Of a DNA stretch of 64,000 bases, positions 63,258 to 64,000 are shown one piece after another; position 1 is the first letter of the stretch, and every line of letters starts with the position of its first letter. The notes beneath the pieces were generated by a model. The model did no database searches. It saw nothing but the letters and a program-made list of their open reading frames with translations, and was not told where the DNA came from. The position numbers were made by a program, and so were the translations under genes. The DNA is from Neoechinorhynchus agilis (Eukaryota > Animalia > Acanthocephala): contig CM121341.1 of NCBI GenBank assembly GCA_051530055.1, positions 16,966,784 to 17,030,783 of the forward strand, read 5' to 3'.

Positions 63258-64000
63258 GTAGATGTTCGATGGGCCGCCTTCGATTTCTAAGCAATTTAAT
63301 TTTTTCATCCAATGAATTCTTTTTGTTCAAGTGGAACTGTTTCATTTATAAAAATAAAATGCATTTTTTTAATTTAAGTTTTTTGCTTGAATCTCATAAT
63401 TTGTTTTATATAAAGGACGGAAATCATGATCTCGAATTTAATTGAATAGTGAAATGTGCCTAAGCGGCCAAATGTGTTCCTCTCGTCTGATCGGTTTCTG
63501 GATTTTTCGTTTTTTGCTTCAACATTTCATTTCCAATGTATATTTTTAATTATTTCTTATACGTTCGCGGCATTTTCATAGATATTTAAATCTTAGTCCG
63601 GTTGTAGCTTTTAGATCCAATAAATTAGACATGCAATTTTAGTTCCAATGTTTTTTCATAGTCTTTATTATGTTTTTAAAGTTACTGTACAAAAGTTGCA
63701 CGCTTTTCAATTATTTTATTTGCTGCTTAATTGTGCGATGTCATTGAAACTCAATAGTTCAATGAGTTCGCTTAGGCAATATCACCTTTTTTATGTGTTC
63801 TGTTAATGTTTTCGAAAATTCTTGTTTTTTTGCTTTCGGTTTTAAAATTTTTTCTCATTTCGTCTTGATGAGAAGCCAATAAAATGATATTGAATTCTAC
63901 TATTCCTGAAATGATTATTTAAAGCTGGAATTACTGTCTAAAAAATGACGATTTCTTTAAATCTGACCGGACATTTTGATCTAAGTCAAATGATGACCAT

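Larger units (their letters stand above)
58320..64000 (+). repeat. Tandem array, ~1.12-kb unit, at least 5 units, running off the window; each unit a box C/D snoRNA cluster
   Basis: Anchor CCTTTCCGTTGTCG at 58452, 59575, 60701, 61822 and 62946 (periods 1123, 1126, 1121, 1124). Confidence 0.97.

Noticed and set aside
61971-63445. ORFs inside the tandem array
   Set aside because: Not preserved between units and no protein similarity.

Overview
AT-rich, gene-dense animal genomic DNA from a compact-genome invertebrate (species not assigned), with short GT-AG introns. Genes: RBBP6-like, TRAPPC3/BET3-like, cardiolipin synthase, PKA-like kinase, GPCR, HP1-like, PLC-beta, GAPDH, mitochondrial aconitase, PRA1, GLUT-type transporter, p24/TMED and RPL35. 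Positions 1-5194 recur almost identically at 19045-24237. Two non-coding systems stand out. (1) The ~1.12-kb tandem repeat filling 58.3-64 kb, directly behind RPL35, looks like a repeated cluster of at least five box C/D snoRNAs. Their guides are complementary to conserved 18S/28S rRNA sites, and one points at the sarcin-ricin loop. (2) About 25 minimal hammerhead-ribozyme motifs of Penelope-like-element (PLE) type are scattered through the window. Most form 120-200-bp head-to-head palindromes, and one family has a compensatory U3-A8 core. Decayed Penelope, CRE and LINE retroelements and a ~660-bp (TTA)n tract are also present. All rRNA and protein comparisons are from memory of conserved sequences and need confirmation by search.
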